Of a DNA stretch of 64,000 nt, positions 52,940-63,494 are shown one piece after another. Where the stretch lies: the NCBI GenBank assembly GCA_965279525.1, contig CBDIIB010000005.1, positions 1,120,001-1,184,000 on the forward strand, given 5' to 3'. Positions within the stretch are counted from its first letter, which is position 1. Every line of letters begins with the position of its first letter. The position numbers were made by a program, and so were the translations under genes. The notes under the pieces are model-generated. The model made no database searches. It worked only from the letters and a program-made list of their open reading frames with translations, and was not told the DNA's origin. The DNA comes from Tagaea sp. (lineage in GTDB: Bacteria; Pseudomonadota; Alphaproteobacteria; CACIAM-22H2).

Positions 52940-53914
52940 GTGGAAACCGGATCGCCCCCGCGCCCGCGACTCGCGCGCGATGGATACCTCCTCATGAATT
53001 CCAAGCGACTCACTGAGAAAGCCGCGCGCAATAGGCGCTGGATCGCAATCTCGCTGACGCCGGTCGTACTGCTTTTCGTCGTCCTGACGGCGTTTCCTGT
53101 CCTCAATCTGCTGGGTTTGAGTCTATTTCACGTCGAATGGAAGCAAGGCGCCTCGAATTTCGAGTTCGTCGGCTTGGAGAATTTCCAGCGTTTGTTCCTG
53201 GCGGAGCAGATTTTCTGGGACGGTGTGCGCAATACGCTGATTTTCGCCATGGTCGCGGTCGGGTTCCAGATGGTCATCGGATTCTCGATAGCTCTGGCCG
53301 TCAAGACTTCGGGGGTATTCGGACGTTCCGCCTTGACCGCGATCTTTCTTCTCCCCATCGTCGTGCCGCCGATTGTCATTGGCACGATGTGGCGCTTGAT
53401 CATGGGGCGCGAGTTCGGGCTTGGGAATGCGCTGTTGGGCTTGCTGGGTTTCGGTCCGGTCGACTGGTTGGGTAATCCGAATTTGGCGCTCGCCTCCGTG
53501 ATTTTCGTCGATATCTGGCACTGGACGCCTTTCGTTTTTCTGCTAATGCTCGCCGGGCTCGAATCCCTCGACGAGGAGGTATTAGAGGCGGCGCGAATGG
53601 ATACGCGTTTGCGCTGGCAGGAAATACGTCATGTCATATTGCCGATGATGATGCCGACGATTGTCGTGACGCTGCTTTTTCGTATAATTCTGACTTTTAA
53701 GGTGTTTGACGAAGTCTATCTGTTGACATCAGGCGGACCGGGAACGGCTACCGAAGTCGTCAATTTTTCGATCTACCGTACTTTCTTCCGTCAAGATCAG
53801 GTCGGCTACGGCTCCGCGATGTCGATCGTGACGCTGTTCGCGATCAGTTTGATCATCATTCTCGCCCGCGGCTATGCCCAACGCCGTGCCACGAAGAAAG
53901 CGGCGTCGATATGA
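52940..53914 (+). CDS. Sugar ABC permease (MalF-type)
   Basis: FVGLENF, DIWHWTPF, EAARMD; start may be 52994. Confidence 0.92.
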   Translation: METGSPPRPRLARDGYLLMNSKRLTEKAARNRRWIAISLTPVVLLFVVLTAFPVLNLLGLSLFHVEWKQGASNFEFVGLENFQRLFLAEQIFWDGVRNTLIFAMVAVGFQMVIGFSIALAVKTSGVFGRSALTAIFLLPIVVPPIVIGTMWRLIMGREFGLGNALLGLLGFGPVDWLGNPNLALASVIFVDIWHWTPFVFLLMLAGLESLDEEVLEAARMDTRLRWQEIRHVILPMMMPTIVVTLLFRIILTFKVFDEVYLLTSGGPGTATEVVNFSIYRTFFRQDQVGYGSAMSIVTLFAISLIIILARGYAQRRATKKAASI

Positions 53915-54738
53915 AATCCCGTCTCGGCACGCGCGCGCTCGCCAACATGGCCGCGTGGGGCTATGCGCTCGTTATCTTGGGACCGACGCTGTGGGTCTTG
54001 TCGAACGCGTTCAAATACAAGATCGACATAATCACGGGCGCCACGCTTTCGCCTCTGACTCTGGACAATTTCGAGGAATTGCTGTTTTCCCGCCAATCAG
54101 AGTTCCTCGTCAATTTGTTCAACAGCACGCTGATCGGACTCCTCTCCACGGCGATCGTAATCGTGATCGCGACAATGGCGGCATTCACGCTCGCGAGCCT
54201 GGAGGTCCGTCCCTGGGTGCGCTGGGCCGTGCTGGGATGGGCGCTGATGTTCCATATGTTACCCACGCTAACTTTCGTCGGGTCGTGGTATCTGATGTTT
54301 TCCTCGATCGGTCTGCATGGCACCTATGCCGCGCTCGTCGCGACGCACGCCGTCCACAACCTGCCGATGGCGCTGTTCCTGATGATGAGTTTCGTCGGCG
54401 CTCTGCCGCGCGAGCTGATTCAGGCGGCGCGGATGGATGGATGCACCAACGCGCAGATATTCTGGCGGATCGCGTTTCCGCTGGTGCGCGGCGGCATGAT
54501 CGCGGCGACGGCGCTGACCTTCATCTTCTCCTGGAGCGACTTTGCGATCTCATTGACGCTTTCGTCGCGCGCGACGATGACAGTGCCGGTCGCGATCTCT
54601 ACCTTCGCACAGGAATACGACATCAAGTATGGCGAGATGGCCGCTGGCACAATGCTGTCGATCGTGCCGGCTCTGATCCTGATCCTCGTCGGCCAGAAGT
54701 TCATCGTGCGCGGCCTTCTCGCGGGTGCCGTGAAATGA
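53911..54738 (+). CDS. Sugar ABC permease (MalG-type)
   Basis: TLDNF, LPRELIQAARMDG, FIFSW. Confidence 0.92.
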   Translation: MKSRLGTRALANMAAWGYALVILGPTLWVLSNAFKYKIDIITGATLSPLTLDNFEELLFSRQSEFLVNLFNSTLIGLLSTAIVIVIATMAAFTLASLEVRPWVRWAVLGWALMFHMLPTLTFVGSWYLMFSSIGLHGTYAALVATHAVHNLPMALFLMMSFVGALPRELIQAARMDGCTNAQIFWRIAFPLVRGGMIAATALTFIFSWSDFAISLTLSSRATMTVPVAISTFAQEYDIKYGEMAAGTMLSIVPALILILVGQKFIVRGLLAGAVK

Positions 54739-54780
54739 GACGGCCGCACAAATTTACCCTAGCGCTTCCAGGTGTCGCTG

Positions 54781-55860
54781 ATGTCTGATCTTTCACTCCG
54801 AGAGCTCCGGAAGTTCTACGGTGGATTCGAAGTGATTCCGCCGCTCGATCTGGATATCCGCAGCGGCGAATTCGTAGTGCTCGTGGGGCCGTCGGGCAGC
54901 GGAAAGTCGACGTTGTTGCGGATGATCGCGGGGCTCGAAAGGATCGACGGCGGCGCGGTGAGTATCGACGGAGAGGATGTGACGGCTCGCGACGCTGGCG
55001 ACCGAGATATGGCAATGGTGTTCCAGTCCTACGCGCTTTACCCACATATGACGGTCGCGGAGAACATGACTTTCGCGCTGCGCATGCGTGGCACGCCTGA
55101 AGCCGTGGTCCGTGAGCGGCTCTCGAACGCACTACGGATGCTCTCGCTCGAAGGTCTCGAAGGGCGAAAGCCAGGACAGCTTTCGGGCGGTCAGCGCCAG
55201 CGGGTGGCGATGGGTCGTGCGATTGTACGCCAGCCGCGCGTCTTCTTATTCGACGAGCCCTTATCGAATCTTGACGCCAAGCTACGCGCGCGCACGCGTC
55301 TCGAGTTGCGCGAATTGCACGATCGATTGAAGGCGACGTCGATTCTCGTGACTCACGACCAGATCGAGGCGATGACGATGGCTGATCGCATCGTGCTGCT
55401 CGATCGGGGACGGATTCAGCAGATCGGCGCGCCGCGCGAGATATACGAACGGCCGAAGAACCGGTTCGTCGCGACGTTCATCGGGTCGCCCGAAATCAAC
55501 ATTTTCGATGGCCTTGCGGCCGTTCGGGACGGCCGGTGCTGGTTCGGTGATCTGGAGCTGCCGATGGCGGGTGCGGGCTACGAAAAGGCGACCGCGCTTG
55601 GGGCACGTCCCGAAGCATTCGAATTGCTTTCTGGCCCTGCTCCGGGCGCGTTGGCCGCGACCGTCGCCGCTGTCGAGTATACCGGGTCCGACGCCTATGC
55701 ATTGGCGAGGGCCGGCGCTTGGCAATTGGTAGTCAAACTTCCGGCCGATCTGAAAGTCGAAGGACATATCGTCGCGACCGGCGACAAGCTCCATATCCGC
55801 CTCGGATCGGAAGGCTGGCACCTGTTCGATGCGGCCGGCGCGCGCATTGAACGGCAATAG
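54781..55860 (+). CDS. Sugar ABC ATP-binding protein (MalK/UgpC-type)
   Basis: [39 protein letters not shown]. Confidence 0.95.
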   Translation: MSDLSLRELRKFYGGFEVIPPLDLDIRSGEFVVLVGPSGSGKSTLLRMIAGLERIDGGAVSIDGEDVTARDAGDRDMAMVFQSYALYPHMTVAENMTFALRMRGTPEAVVRERLSNALRMLSLEGLEGRKPGQLSGGQRQRVAMGRAIVRQPRVFLFDEPLSNLDAKLRARTRLELRELHDRLKATSILVTHDQIEAMTMADRIVLLDRGRIQQIGAPREIYERPKNRFVATFIGSPEINIFDGLAAVRDGRCWFGDLELPMAGAGYEKATALGARPEAFELLSGPAPGALAATVAAVEYTGSDAYALARAGAWQLVVKLPADLKVEGHIVATGDKLHIRLGSEGWHLFDAAGARIERQ

Positions 55861-55862
55861 CG

Positions 55863-56840
55863 ATGCGGGGCGAACATACGCCGCGCGATTTCGTTGGCGA
55901 TCCGCGCCAAATCGCGTCGGTCCGCCGCATCGTGCTAGCCGATGGCGCGGAATCGGGCGTGGAGGCCTTGGCGTTCTCGACGGGCGGTGGCCTCGATTTT
56001 TGGATATTTCCGGGTCGATTGCTCGATATCGGCACGCTGTCCTGGCGCGGTGCGCAGATCGCTTGGCAAAGCCCTGCCGGGTTTCGGCCGCTGCTGTCGC
56101 CGACGCGCGGCGGGCGCGATTTCGGCCGCGCCTTTGGCGGATTCCTTAATACTTGCGGCTTCGATCATATCCGCCAGCCTGCGGACGGCAAGCCGATGCA
56201 CGGTTCCGCGCCGTTTATGCCAGCCCGCTTGATCGGATACGGCGAAGCTTGGGACGCAACCGAGCCAATTCTCTATTGCGAGGGCGAGGCGGTGGTCTGG
56301 GCGTTCGGCGCAGGCGGCCATCGGGTACGCCGACGGATCGAGGCGCCGATCGGCGGTGCAACGATCCGTATCGTCGATCGCGTCGAGATCGTCGGCCCGA
56401 CACCGCTGCCGATCATGACGCTCTATCATTTTAATCTGGGCTATCCGCTCCATCGCGCGGGCACGAGCATCCTATTCGACGGTGCGGATGTATCAGGGCG
56501 GTTGCCGCAACGAGAATCTGCGGCGTTGCCGTCGAAACTGTATCCGGCGAAAGGCGATCGCGCCGCCTGCGGTGTGAGGGGCGGCGGCGGGATCGAGATA
56601 GAGTTTCGTTGGAACGCGACGACTCTGCCTTGGCTCCAGCTTTGGCGCGATCTTCGTCCGGGAAACGGCGTGCTCAGTGTCGAGCCATGCTCGACGGGGC
56701 GCAATCCGGACGGGACGAATGCCGAAGTTCAGCCGACGGCGACGGGCGACGGGATTACGTTCGAAGTCGAAATTTGCGTCGGCGATGCGCCGGATGCAGA
56801 GCCGGGGGACAGCGTTCGGCGCGACGACGACACCCGCTAG
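55863..56840 (+). CDS. DUF4432/aldose 1-epimerase-like protein
   Basis: R.LDIG, GFLNTCG, PMHG, LYHFNLGYP, VLSVEP. Confidence 0.8.
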   Translation: MRGEHTPRDFVGDPRQIASVRRIVLADGAESGVEALAFSTGGGLDFWIFPGRLLDIGTLSWRGAQIAWQSPAGFRPLLSPTRGGRDFGRAFGGFLNTCGFDHIRQPADGKPMHGSAPFMPARLIGYGEAWDATEPILYCEGEAVVWAFGAGGHRVRRRIEAPIGGATIRIVDRVEIVGPTPLPIMTLYHFNLGYPLHRAGTSILFDGADVSGRLPQRESAALPSKLYPAKGDRAACGVRGGGGIEIEFRWNATTLPWLQLWRDLRPGNGVLSVEPCSTGRNPDGTNAEVQPTATGDGITFEVEICVGDAPDAEPGDSVRRDDDTR

Positions 56841-56877
56841 CCAGCGAGAGCGACATCGCGTTTCCAAACGAAGGCGT

Positions 56878-56905
56878 TGGCCTGCCCCGGGTTTCGTGGA
56901 CACCT
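56878..56905. mobile_element. Orphan IS3-family-like terminal inverted repeat
   Basis: TGGCCTGCCCCGGGTTTCGTGGACACCT resembles IS3-family ends as recalled; no transposase attached. Confidence 0.55.
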
Positions 56906-57016
56906 GCACAAGAGTGACACTCAAACTGGTATTCGATCACAGGAACGGTGATTCCTTGGTGCTTGCTCGACAGAGGAAGGAGTGAGCCGAGGTTCTGGCC
57001 TGCATTCGTTAGAATC

Positions 57017-57832
57017 TTACCCAATATGCCCTCTAAGCCAATCGACAGCATCGGAAATTGCGTCATCAGCTCGTCGATCCACACTCCAGTTATTGATAAA
57101 TCCGTGTTCGCGTCCGGGGATGACCTGAAGACGAGATGAATTACCTGACGCAACTGCTCGGCGATAGACGGTCAGGCTATCCGCGAGAAGTGGATCATGG
57201 TCACCGCAGGCAATCCAGAGCGGGGATAATCCACTTAGATCCGCAAGTGTGAGATCGCCGTATCGCTGGTCGTCTGCTTGCGCAACTCCGTAGGCGGCAA
57301 TGCACTCACGCATATAGTCTGTTGTAAGCGTCGTTGAACCATTGCCATAGAGTCGGTGCGTCTCGCTGTCTGTCGACATCGCGAAGGCACCATTGAAAAA
57401 CACCGCCGCACGCGGAATAGGCGAGCTCAAATCCCGAAGCTTCATCATCGCAGCAAGTGCAATCTGCGCACCTGCACTTCCACCAATAATTCCCGCAAGC
57501 CGATCTTCGGATGACAGGGCATTGCAGGCCAAAACCACGTCGTTTATCGCGGCCGGATAAGGTTTTTGAGGTGCCAGTGCATACTCGACGGAGAGAACTG
57601 GTCGTTTTGCTTGTAGCGCTATCCGACAGGCGACAGCGCGGAAGTGCTCCGGTGAGCCACCGATCCAACCTCCACCATGGACAAATATGAGTGGCTTTTC
57701 CGAGTCTAACTCAGGTGGCGTAATCAAAAGGCCACGAACACTACTTGATCCTTGCCGGAGAGTTACCCAACGTTCGGTACCGTCACCGAGCGCCGTTGCA
57801 TGGTTCTCACCAGCCTTTTCGACATTCCTCAC
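57017..57832 (-). CDS. Alpha/beta hydrolase (HSL-type esterase)
   Basis: HGGG, YALAP..YP, GGSAG, DPL, HGF. Confidence 0.9.
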   Translation of the reverse strand: MRNVEKAGENHATALGDGTERWVTLRQGSSSVRGLLITPPELDSEKPLIFVHGGGWIGGSPEHFRAVACRIALQAKRPVLSVEYALAPQKPYPAAINDVVLACNALSSEDRLAGIIGGSAGAQIALAAMMKLRDLSSPIPRAAVFFNGAFAMSTDSETHRLYGNGSTTLTTDYMRECIAAYGVAQADDQRYGDLTLADLSGLSPLWIACGDHDPLLADSLTVYRRAVASGNSSRLQVIPGREHGFINNWSVDRRADDAISDAVDWLRGHIG

Positions 57833-58827
57833 GAAAACAAATTAACTGCTTGCGCCGACGCATCGGTCAAGGTGAAAGGAAAATGGCAGGCCGCCAGTGC
57901 GTCTGAGCTTGGTTGCGTAACAAGCTCCGGGCGCTCCTGCTTGCAGACTGCCTCGCATTTCCAACAACGAGGGTGGAACGCGCATCCGGAAGGTGGTGCG
58001 CTTGGATTTGCGACATCTCCGGCAAGTACTATGCGGGATGAGGTGCCGGATTCGACGCGCGGAACTGCGGACAATAGAGCCTTCGTATAGGGATGCGCAG
58101 GAGACGAAAAGATCGTCTCGACAGGCCCCATTTCTACGATGCGGCCAAGATACATCACGGCCACCATGTCACAGATATGCCGGACCGCGCTCAGGTCGTG
58201 GGAAATGAAGATGTAGGTCAGTTTGAGGCGTTGCTGCAGTTCGCGCAGAACATTGATGATCTGAGCCTGGATACTTACGTCCAACGACGCGACCGGCTCG
58301 TCCAATACCAACAGCTCGGGTTCCAACGCCAACGCCCGCGCGATGCCGATGCGCTGCCTCTGGCCGCCAGACAATACTGCGGGCCGCCGTTGCATCAGGT
58401 CCGGCGAAATTCCCACCAATTCGAGCAGTTCCTTGACGCGCTCTCGACGGGATTCACGTGTCCCGATTCGCTGCACGTTTAGTGGTTCGGCGACCAGACT
58501 TTCGACATTCATTCGCGGATCGAGCGATGAATACGGATCCTGGAACACCATCTGAACGGACCGACGAAAGGCAGCGAGCTCTTTGCCGCGCGCCCGGATC
58601 ACATTCTCACCCTTCAGCTTGATTTCGCCCTGATCAGGCTCAATCAGGCCGACAATCATGCGGCCGAGCGTAGTCTTCCCGCAACCTGACTCGCCAACGA
58701 GCCCGACGGTTAGGCCCTTTGGAATCGATAGATTCACATCGGAGACCGCCCGCACGACACGGCCACCGCGGCCACGGATTGGAAAGCCCTTTGTGAGATT
58801 GCTTACTTTTAAAAACTGCTCGGTCAT
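57829..58827 (-). CDS. Peptide/nickel ABC ATPase (OppF-type)
   Basis: [28 protein letters not shown]. Confidence 0.95.
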   Translation of the reverse strand: MTEQFLKVSNLTKGFPIRGRGGRVVRAVSDVNLSIPKGLTVGLVGESGCGKTTLGRMIVGLIEPDQGEIKLKGENVIRARGKELAAFRRSVQMVFQDPYSSLDPRMNVESLVAEPLNVQRIGTRESRRERVKELLELVGISPDLMQRRPAVLSGGQRQRIGIARALALEPELLVLDEPVASLDVSIQAQIINVLRELQQRLKLTYIFISHDLSAVRHICDMVAVMYLGRIVEMGPVETIFSSPAHPYTKALLSAVPRVESGTSSRIVLAGDVANPSAPPSGCAFHPRCWKCEAVCKQERPELVTQPSSDALAACHFPFTLTDASAQAVNLFS

Positions 58828-59885
58828 AACGCGCCCACCTTCTTCGTCGACGCAACAACACCGTCGACCAGCTCATGGGCGAAATGACATGCAGTGGAGC
58901 TCTGCAGTCCGGGGACCGTCCTTAGTTCTGGGACTTCACGTGCACACAGCTCGCGACCTTTAGCCAAGGTACACCGGGGATGGAATGGACATCCGGGAGG
59001 CCTACTGCCGAGCGACGGCGGTCTACCCGGAATGGTCGCCAGAAACTCCTCCTTGCGGTCGAGCTTGGGCCGCGCATCGAGTAGAGCACGTGTGTAGGGG
59101 TGCGCCGGCCGCCGCAGGACCATGGCTGCCGGCCCGACTTCCATCGTCCGGCCGGAATAGAGAACGAGTATCCGGTCGCAATTCTCCGCGATCAACCCGA
59201 GATCGTGTGAAACCAAGATCATCGAACGCCCATTCTGGCGGCCGATCTTCCGAAACAGCTCCATCACCTGTGCCTGGATCGTGACGTCAAGGGCGGTGGT
59301 CGGTTCATCCGCGATCACCAAGGCCGGTGAATTCGCGATCGCCATTGCGATCATCACGCGTTGCCGCATGCCGCCCGAGAATTCGTGCGGATACTGATCG
59401 ACGCGTGTTGTCGGATCAGGAATTCCGACTGCGCCGAACAATTCGATGACTTTCCGTCGGCGTTCATCACGCGTGAGATCGCTGTGTATTCGGAGCATTT
59501 CGTCGATCTGGTCACCGCATCTCTGCAGGGGATTCAAGGATGCCAACGGATCCTGAAAGACCATACCGATACGGCCGCCGCGCACATTCTTCAAATCCTT
59601 CGATCGAAGCGTAAACAGATCATTGCCTTCGAAGATTGCCTGGCCGCGCGTGACTTTCAGGGGCGCCGCGATCAATCCAATGAGAGAGCGAACGGTCACG
59701 CTTTTGCCAGAGCCAGATTCACCCACGATTCCGAGGACCTCGCCGGCCGATATGTCGAACGAGATTCCGTCCACTACAAAAGCGCCTTGGGAGGAACCGA
59801 GATCGACACGAAGATTTTTGACCGTCAATACGGGATCAGACTTCGTCGCGGGATCATTCGCTTGTGCTGAAATGATCGCGTTCAT
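58824..59885 (-). CDS. Peptide/nickel ABC ATPase (OppD-type)
   Basis: [32 protein letters not shown]. Confidence 0.95.
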   Translation of the reverse strand: MNAIISAQANDPATKSDPVLTVKNLRVDLGSSQGAFVVDGISFDISAGEVLGIVGESGSGKSVTVRSLIGLIAAPLKVTRGQAIFEGNDLFTLRSKDLKNVRGGRIGMVFQDPLASLNPLQRCGDQIDEMLRIHSDLTRDERRRKVIELFGAVGIPDPTTRVDQYPHEFSGGMRQRVMIAMAIANSPALVIADEPTTALDVTIQAQVMELFRKIGRQNGRSMILVSHDLGLIAENCDRILVLYSGRTMEVGPAAMVLRRPAHPYTRALLDARPKLDRKEEFLATIPGRPPSLGSRPPGCPFHPRCTLAKGRELCAREVPELRTVPGLQSSTACHFAHELVDGVVASTKKVGAL

Positions 59886-60775
59886 TGCATCGAACCTGGG
59901 ACGTCGCCGACGTCGAGAACATCGCGCAATGCGTCTGCCAACAGGACAAGACCGACGAGAAATATCGTCAGCGCGACCCCAGGGGCGATCGCAAACCAGG
60001 GCGCAAAGTCGAGGAATGCTCGGCTCTCATTAAGCATCAGGCCCCAAGACGCCGTCGGCGGCTGAATGCCGAGACCAAGAAACGACAACGTCGATTCCAG
60101 AAGTACCGAAACGCCGACGACCAGACTTGCTTGCACGAGTATCGGGCTGGCACTGTTTCGCAATAGATGCGTGAGCATGATCCTTGGGCCGGAGGATCCA
60201 AAGAGTTTCGCCGCCAACACATATTCCTGAGAACGGAGCTGGAGAACACTTGCTCTTGTCAGGCGTCCAAAAATGGGAATCGCGCTGGTTGCAAGCGCCA
60301 AGCTCACTGTAACCGTGCCAGCCCCCATGATCACGACCAGCAGTAACGCTAGAAGTACGCTCGGGAAGGCAAGGATGATGTCGAGGCTACGCATGATGAT
60401 CGCATCGGCAGCACCGCCGTAATAACCTGCAAGCAGGCCGATCAGTACCCCGACTATGCCACCGATTAGTGCAGCCGATCCACCGACGACAATGGCGATT
60501 CGTGTACCGAAGACTACTCTGGACAGGATGTCCCGACCGTATTGGTCCGTGCCAAACCAATATTCCGCAGACGGCGGCATCAGCTCCGAGGCCATGTCCT
60601 GGAATGCGGGATCGTAAGGCGCAACAAACGGTGCAAAAATCGCTAGCAACACAGCCGATGCTACGACAAAGAAACCGACGCTTCCAAGGCGATGGCGTAG
60701 CAGCCGAGCGATCGTGTGGTCGGAATACTGTTTACGAAGACTCGAGCTGCCCGAAGAAAGCCAATTGAATATCAT
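59882..60775 (-). CDS. Peptide/nickel ABC permease (OppC-type)
   Basis: GTDQYGRDILSR, LSFLGLG..PP..SWG. Confidence 0.93.
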   Translation of the reverse strand: MIFNWLSSGSSSLRKQYSDHTIARLLRHRLGSVGFFVVASAVLLAIFAPFVAPYDPAFQDMASELMPPSAEYWFGTDQYGRDILSRVVFGTRIAIVVGGSAALIGGIVGVLIGLLAGYYGGAADAIIMRSLDIILAFPSVLLALLLVVIMGAGTVTVSLALATSAIPIFGRLTRASVLQLRSQEYVLAAKLFGSSGPRIMLTHLLRNSASPILVQASLVVGVSVLLESTLSFLGLGIQPPTASWGLMLNESRAFLDFAPWFAIAPGVALTIFLVGLVLLADALRDVLDVGDVPGSMQ

Positions 60776-61725
60776 CCCGGACTCCCAATCCGGATACGCG
60801 GATCAAGCCAAGCGTAGAGCAGGTCGGCAACCAGATTGATGACGATGAAGGAAATCACGAGCAACAACATGGCGCCTTGGATAACCGTGTAGTCGCGTGC
60901 CCGGATTGAGTTGACAAGGAGGCCGCCAAGTCCTGGCCATCCGAATAAGGCTTCGATTACTACGGTCGACCCGAGCATCTGACCGAACTGAACGGCTAGA
61001 ATAGTGATCACCGGGACAAGAGCGTTCGGCACGATGTGAAGGAGTATGACTCGCCATTCGGGCAAGCCTTTAGACCTTGCCGTCCAGACAAATTCATTAC
61101 GCGAGACATCTAGAACAGCAGCTCTGGCAAACCGAGCAATTACGGCCGTAGGGCGCGTAATCAGCGCAAGGATGGGCAGAATCAGATGATGCAGGGCCAA
61201 GCTCGGGTTCTCGAGTGTCGAAACATAGCCGCCCGGAGGTAGCACCCCTAGCCAAACCGCGAAGAACAGGATCCCGATCGTGGCGAGCCAATAGTCGGGG
61301 ATGCTGATCATGAGCGCCGACGCGACGGTGATCGATGCGTCGACACGTGTTCTGGCATTCACCGCTGCTGTGACTCCCAAAAGGGTGCCCAATGTGGCGA
61401 CCAGGAAAATCGCCAAGGCCGCCAGTTCCAATGTTGCCGGCAGCCGCTGGAGGATAAGGCCGCCAACGGGCGAACGGCTGATGAACGATTGCCCAAGATC
61501 GCCAGTTACCGCGAGCTCCAGCCAGCGGACGAATTGCTCGAACAAAGTTCCACTCAGACCGAGTTGGACACGGACTGACTCAATCTGCTCGGGAGATGCA
61601 TCGATTCCTGCTCTGATCTGGGCCGGATCACCGGGGACCAGTTTCAAGAGCAGGAATACGATGAACGACGAAACCAGAACCACGGGCAGTGATTTCAAGA
61701 GTCTCGAAAGTATGTACCGTGTCAT
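60772..61725 (-). CDS. Peptide/nickel ABC permease (OppB-type)
   Basis: PGDPA, GDLGQS, TARSKGL, FGWPGLG. Confidence 0.93.
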   Translation of the reverse strand: MTRYILSRLLKSLPVVLVSSFIVFLLLKLVPGDPAQIRAGIDASPEQIESVRVQLGLSGTLFEQFVRWLELAVTGDLGQSFISRSPVGGLILQRLPATLELAALAIFLVATLGTLLGVTAAVNARTRVDASITVASALMISIPDYWLATIGILFFAVWLGVLPPGGYVSTLENPSLALHHLILPILALITRPTAVIARFARAAVLDVSRNEFVWTARSKGLPEWRVILLHIVPNALVPVITILAVQFGQMLGSTVVIEALFGWPGLGGLLVNSIRARDYTVIQGAMLLLVISFIVINLVADLLYAWLDPRIRIGSPG

Positions 61726-61743
61726 CTGGCCCTTCTGCTCGCT

Positions 61744-63276
61744 CTAAGTGCCCGACACTACATCCGCAAATGAGATCTGACCGCCAACCCGGAAACTAGG
61801 CCCGCTCACACCTGGTGCCATGACCAGCAGGGGAACGCGACGGGATATGGCATTCGTGCAAACTGCCTCATTCATGAAGAATGCGGTGATCGCCTTCACT
61901 CGATTTAGACGAGTGGCGGCATCAGGCTCGACAAGTGCTTCACCGATCATCTGGGTCAGTTCATCGCTTTGGAACTCGGACATGTTGTTCTCGACCCGCC
62001 ACGGGGCTGCCATCGCGAACAGTGATTCCGGGCTGTAGCCGGAGAATCCGAATGCGCCGGTCCAGATACTGGCTGAATGCTCCCGGAGAAGCCGTTGCGA
62101 CCACCGGCCGATGTCCACGACCTCGAGTTCGAGCGTAACTCCGATCTGGGCCAAATCGGCCTGATACTGCTGAGCTTGTTCGAGCAGCGGCGGCCATGCT
62201 GTGCAGACCATCATGGTCGCCTTGATGTTGCTGACGCCGGATTCCTTGAGCAGGATTCGTGACTTCTCGAGGTCGAATCCGTAAGCATCCCGCGATGCCG
62301 GATCATACGCGGGAGACTGAGGCGGCCACGGTGCAGCGGTCGCCTCACCGAAGCCACGCAGTGTCGATTCCACGAATCGCTTCCGGTTCAAAGCGTAGGT
62401 GAATGCCTGACGGACCTTCTTATTGTCGAACGGGGCCGCCTTGACGTTCATGCCCATGTAATAGAATTCGGGGCCCAGATCGTTGCGAACGATCTTGTAT
62501 TTGTTGTCGCGCTGGAAGAGCGAAACGGCGCGTTCGTCGAGGCCCTGGGCGCAGTGAATGGCGCCCGACCTGAGCTGGGCCGATAGCGCCTGCGCGTCCG
62601 AGATTACCTGGCATACGATCTTCTCCGGGCCCATGGCTGTGGCCCAATGGTCCTGATAGCGGGCCAGATCGTAGCCCTGTCCTGGACGCCACTGGGTCAC
62701 TTTGTAGGCCCCGGTGCCGCTGACATTTTTCGCTGGGTCGCCCTTCGCCAGCACGACGCTGTCGGCGATATACATCAGGCTGAGCGCGTCCATGAAGTTC
62801 GGTCGCGGCACATGGAAATTGAGAATGAGCGTGTGCGGGTCAGGCGTTTCCGTGTTCTTGACCCACTTCGACATTGCAACCAATTGACCGGAACCGATGG
62901 CGGGGTTCTGGACACGCTCGAGCGTGAAAATGACGTCGGCGGCGGTGAACGGATTACCGGAGTGGAACTTGATCCCCTGGCGAAGCTTGAGCGTCAGTTG
63001 GGTTTTGTTGGCATTCCAGGTCCAGCCGGTCGCAAGAGCCGGCTGGATGTTCAACGCGGCGTCATACCGAATTAGCGGATCGAACACGTTGTCGGTAAAT
63101 GGAAACTGCGCAACCGTGATGATGTTGGGATCCGGCGCAACAATATCCGTCACGCATCCGACAACAAGCTGGCTCATGCGCGTCGCGGATCGCGCTCCGG
63201 CACTAAAGCCCAGCATTCCAACTGCTGCCGTTGCCACAGGCAGGATCAAGCTGTCCCGACGTGTAAGTGCGCGCAT
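61744..63276 (-). CDS. Family-5 ABC substrate-binding protein
   Basis: Tat-like TRRDSL leader, LRQGIKFHSG..FTAADV, GTGAY, PFDNKKVRQA. Confidence 0.92.
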   Translation of the reverse strand: MRALTRRDSLILPVATAAVGMLGFSAGARSATRMSQLVVGCVTDIVAPDPNIITVAQFPFTDNVFDPLIRYDAALNIQPALATGWTWNANKTQLTLKLRQGIKFHSGNPFTAADVIFTLERVQNPAIGSGQLVAMSKWVKNTETPDPHTLILNFHVPRPNFMDALSLMYIADSVVLAKGDPAKNVSGTGAYKVTQWRPGQGYDLARYQDHWATAMGPEKIVCQVISDAQALSAQLRSGAIHCAQGLDERAVSLFQRDNKYKIVRNDLGPEFYYMGMNVKAAPFDNKKVRQAFTYALNRKRFVESTLRGFGEATAAPWPPQSPAYDPASRDAYGFDLEKSRILLKESGVSNIKATMMVCTAWPPLLEQAQQYQADLAQIGVTLELEVVDIGRWSQRLLREHSASIWTGAFGFSGYSPESLFAMAAPWRVENNMSEFQSDELTQMIGEALVEPDAATRLNRVKAITAFFMNEAVCTNAISRRVPLLVMAPGVSGPSFRVGGQISFADVVSGT

Positions 63277-63384
63277 TTGCGAGCCTCCCGATCTGAAATG
63301 CCCGATTTGTACGGGCTCTGACTTGAGTCGGGCATGGCCCGAACTGCGCCACCTTTAGCGATATGGTGATGGCCAGTCAATAAA

Positions 63385-63468
63385 CTTTGATCAAACATTA
63401 ATTCAATAGGTAAAATAGCCTCATTAGAAGCAAGATATAAGCGGCGCATAAAAATGGTTTGATCAAAG
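63385..63468. promoter_or_regulatory. Pair of TTTGATCAAA palindromes (candidate GntR operators)
   Basis: CTTTGATCAAAC at 63385-63396 and its exact reverse complement GTTTGATCAAAG at 63457-63468 in the divergent intergenic region. Confidence 0.65.
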
Positions 63469-63494
63469 CTGCAGATTTCGATAATCCTAATTTC

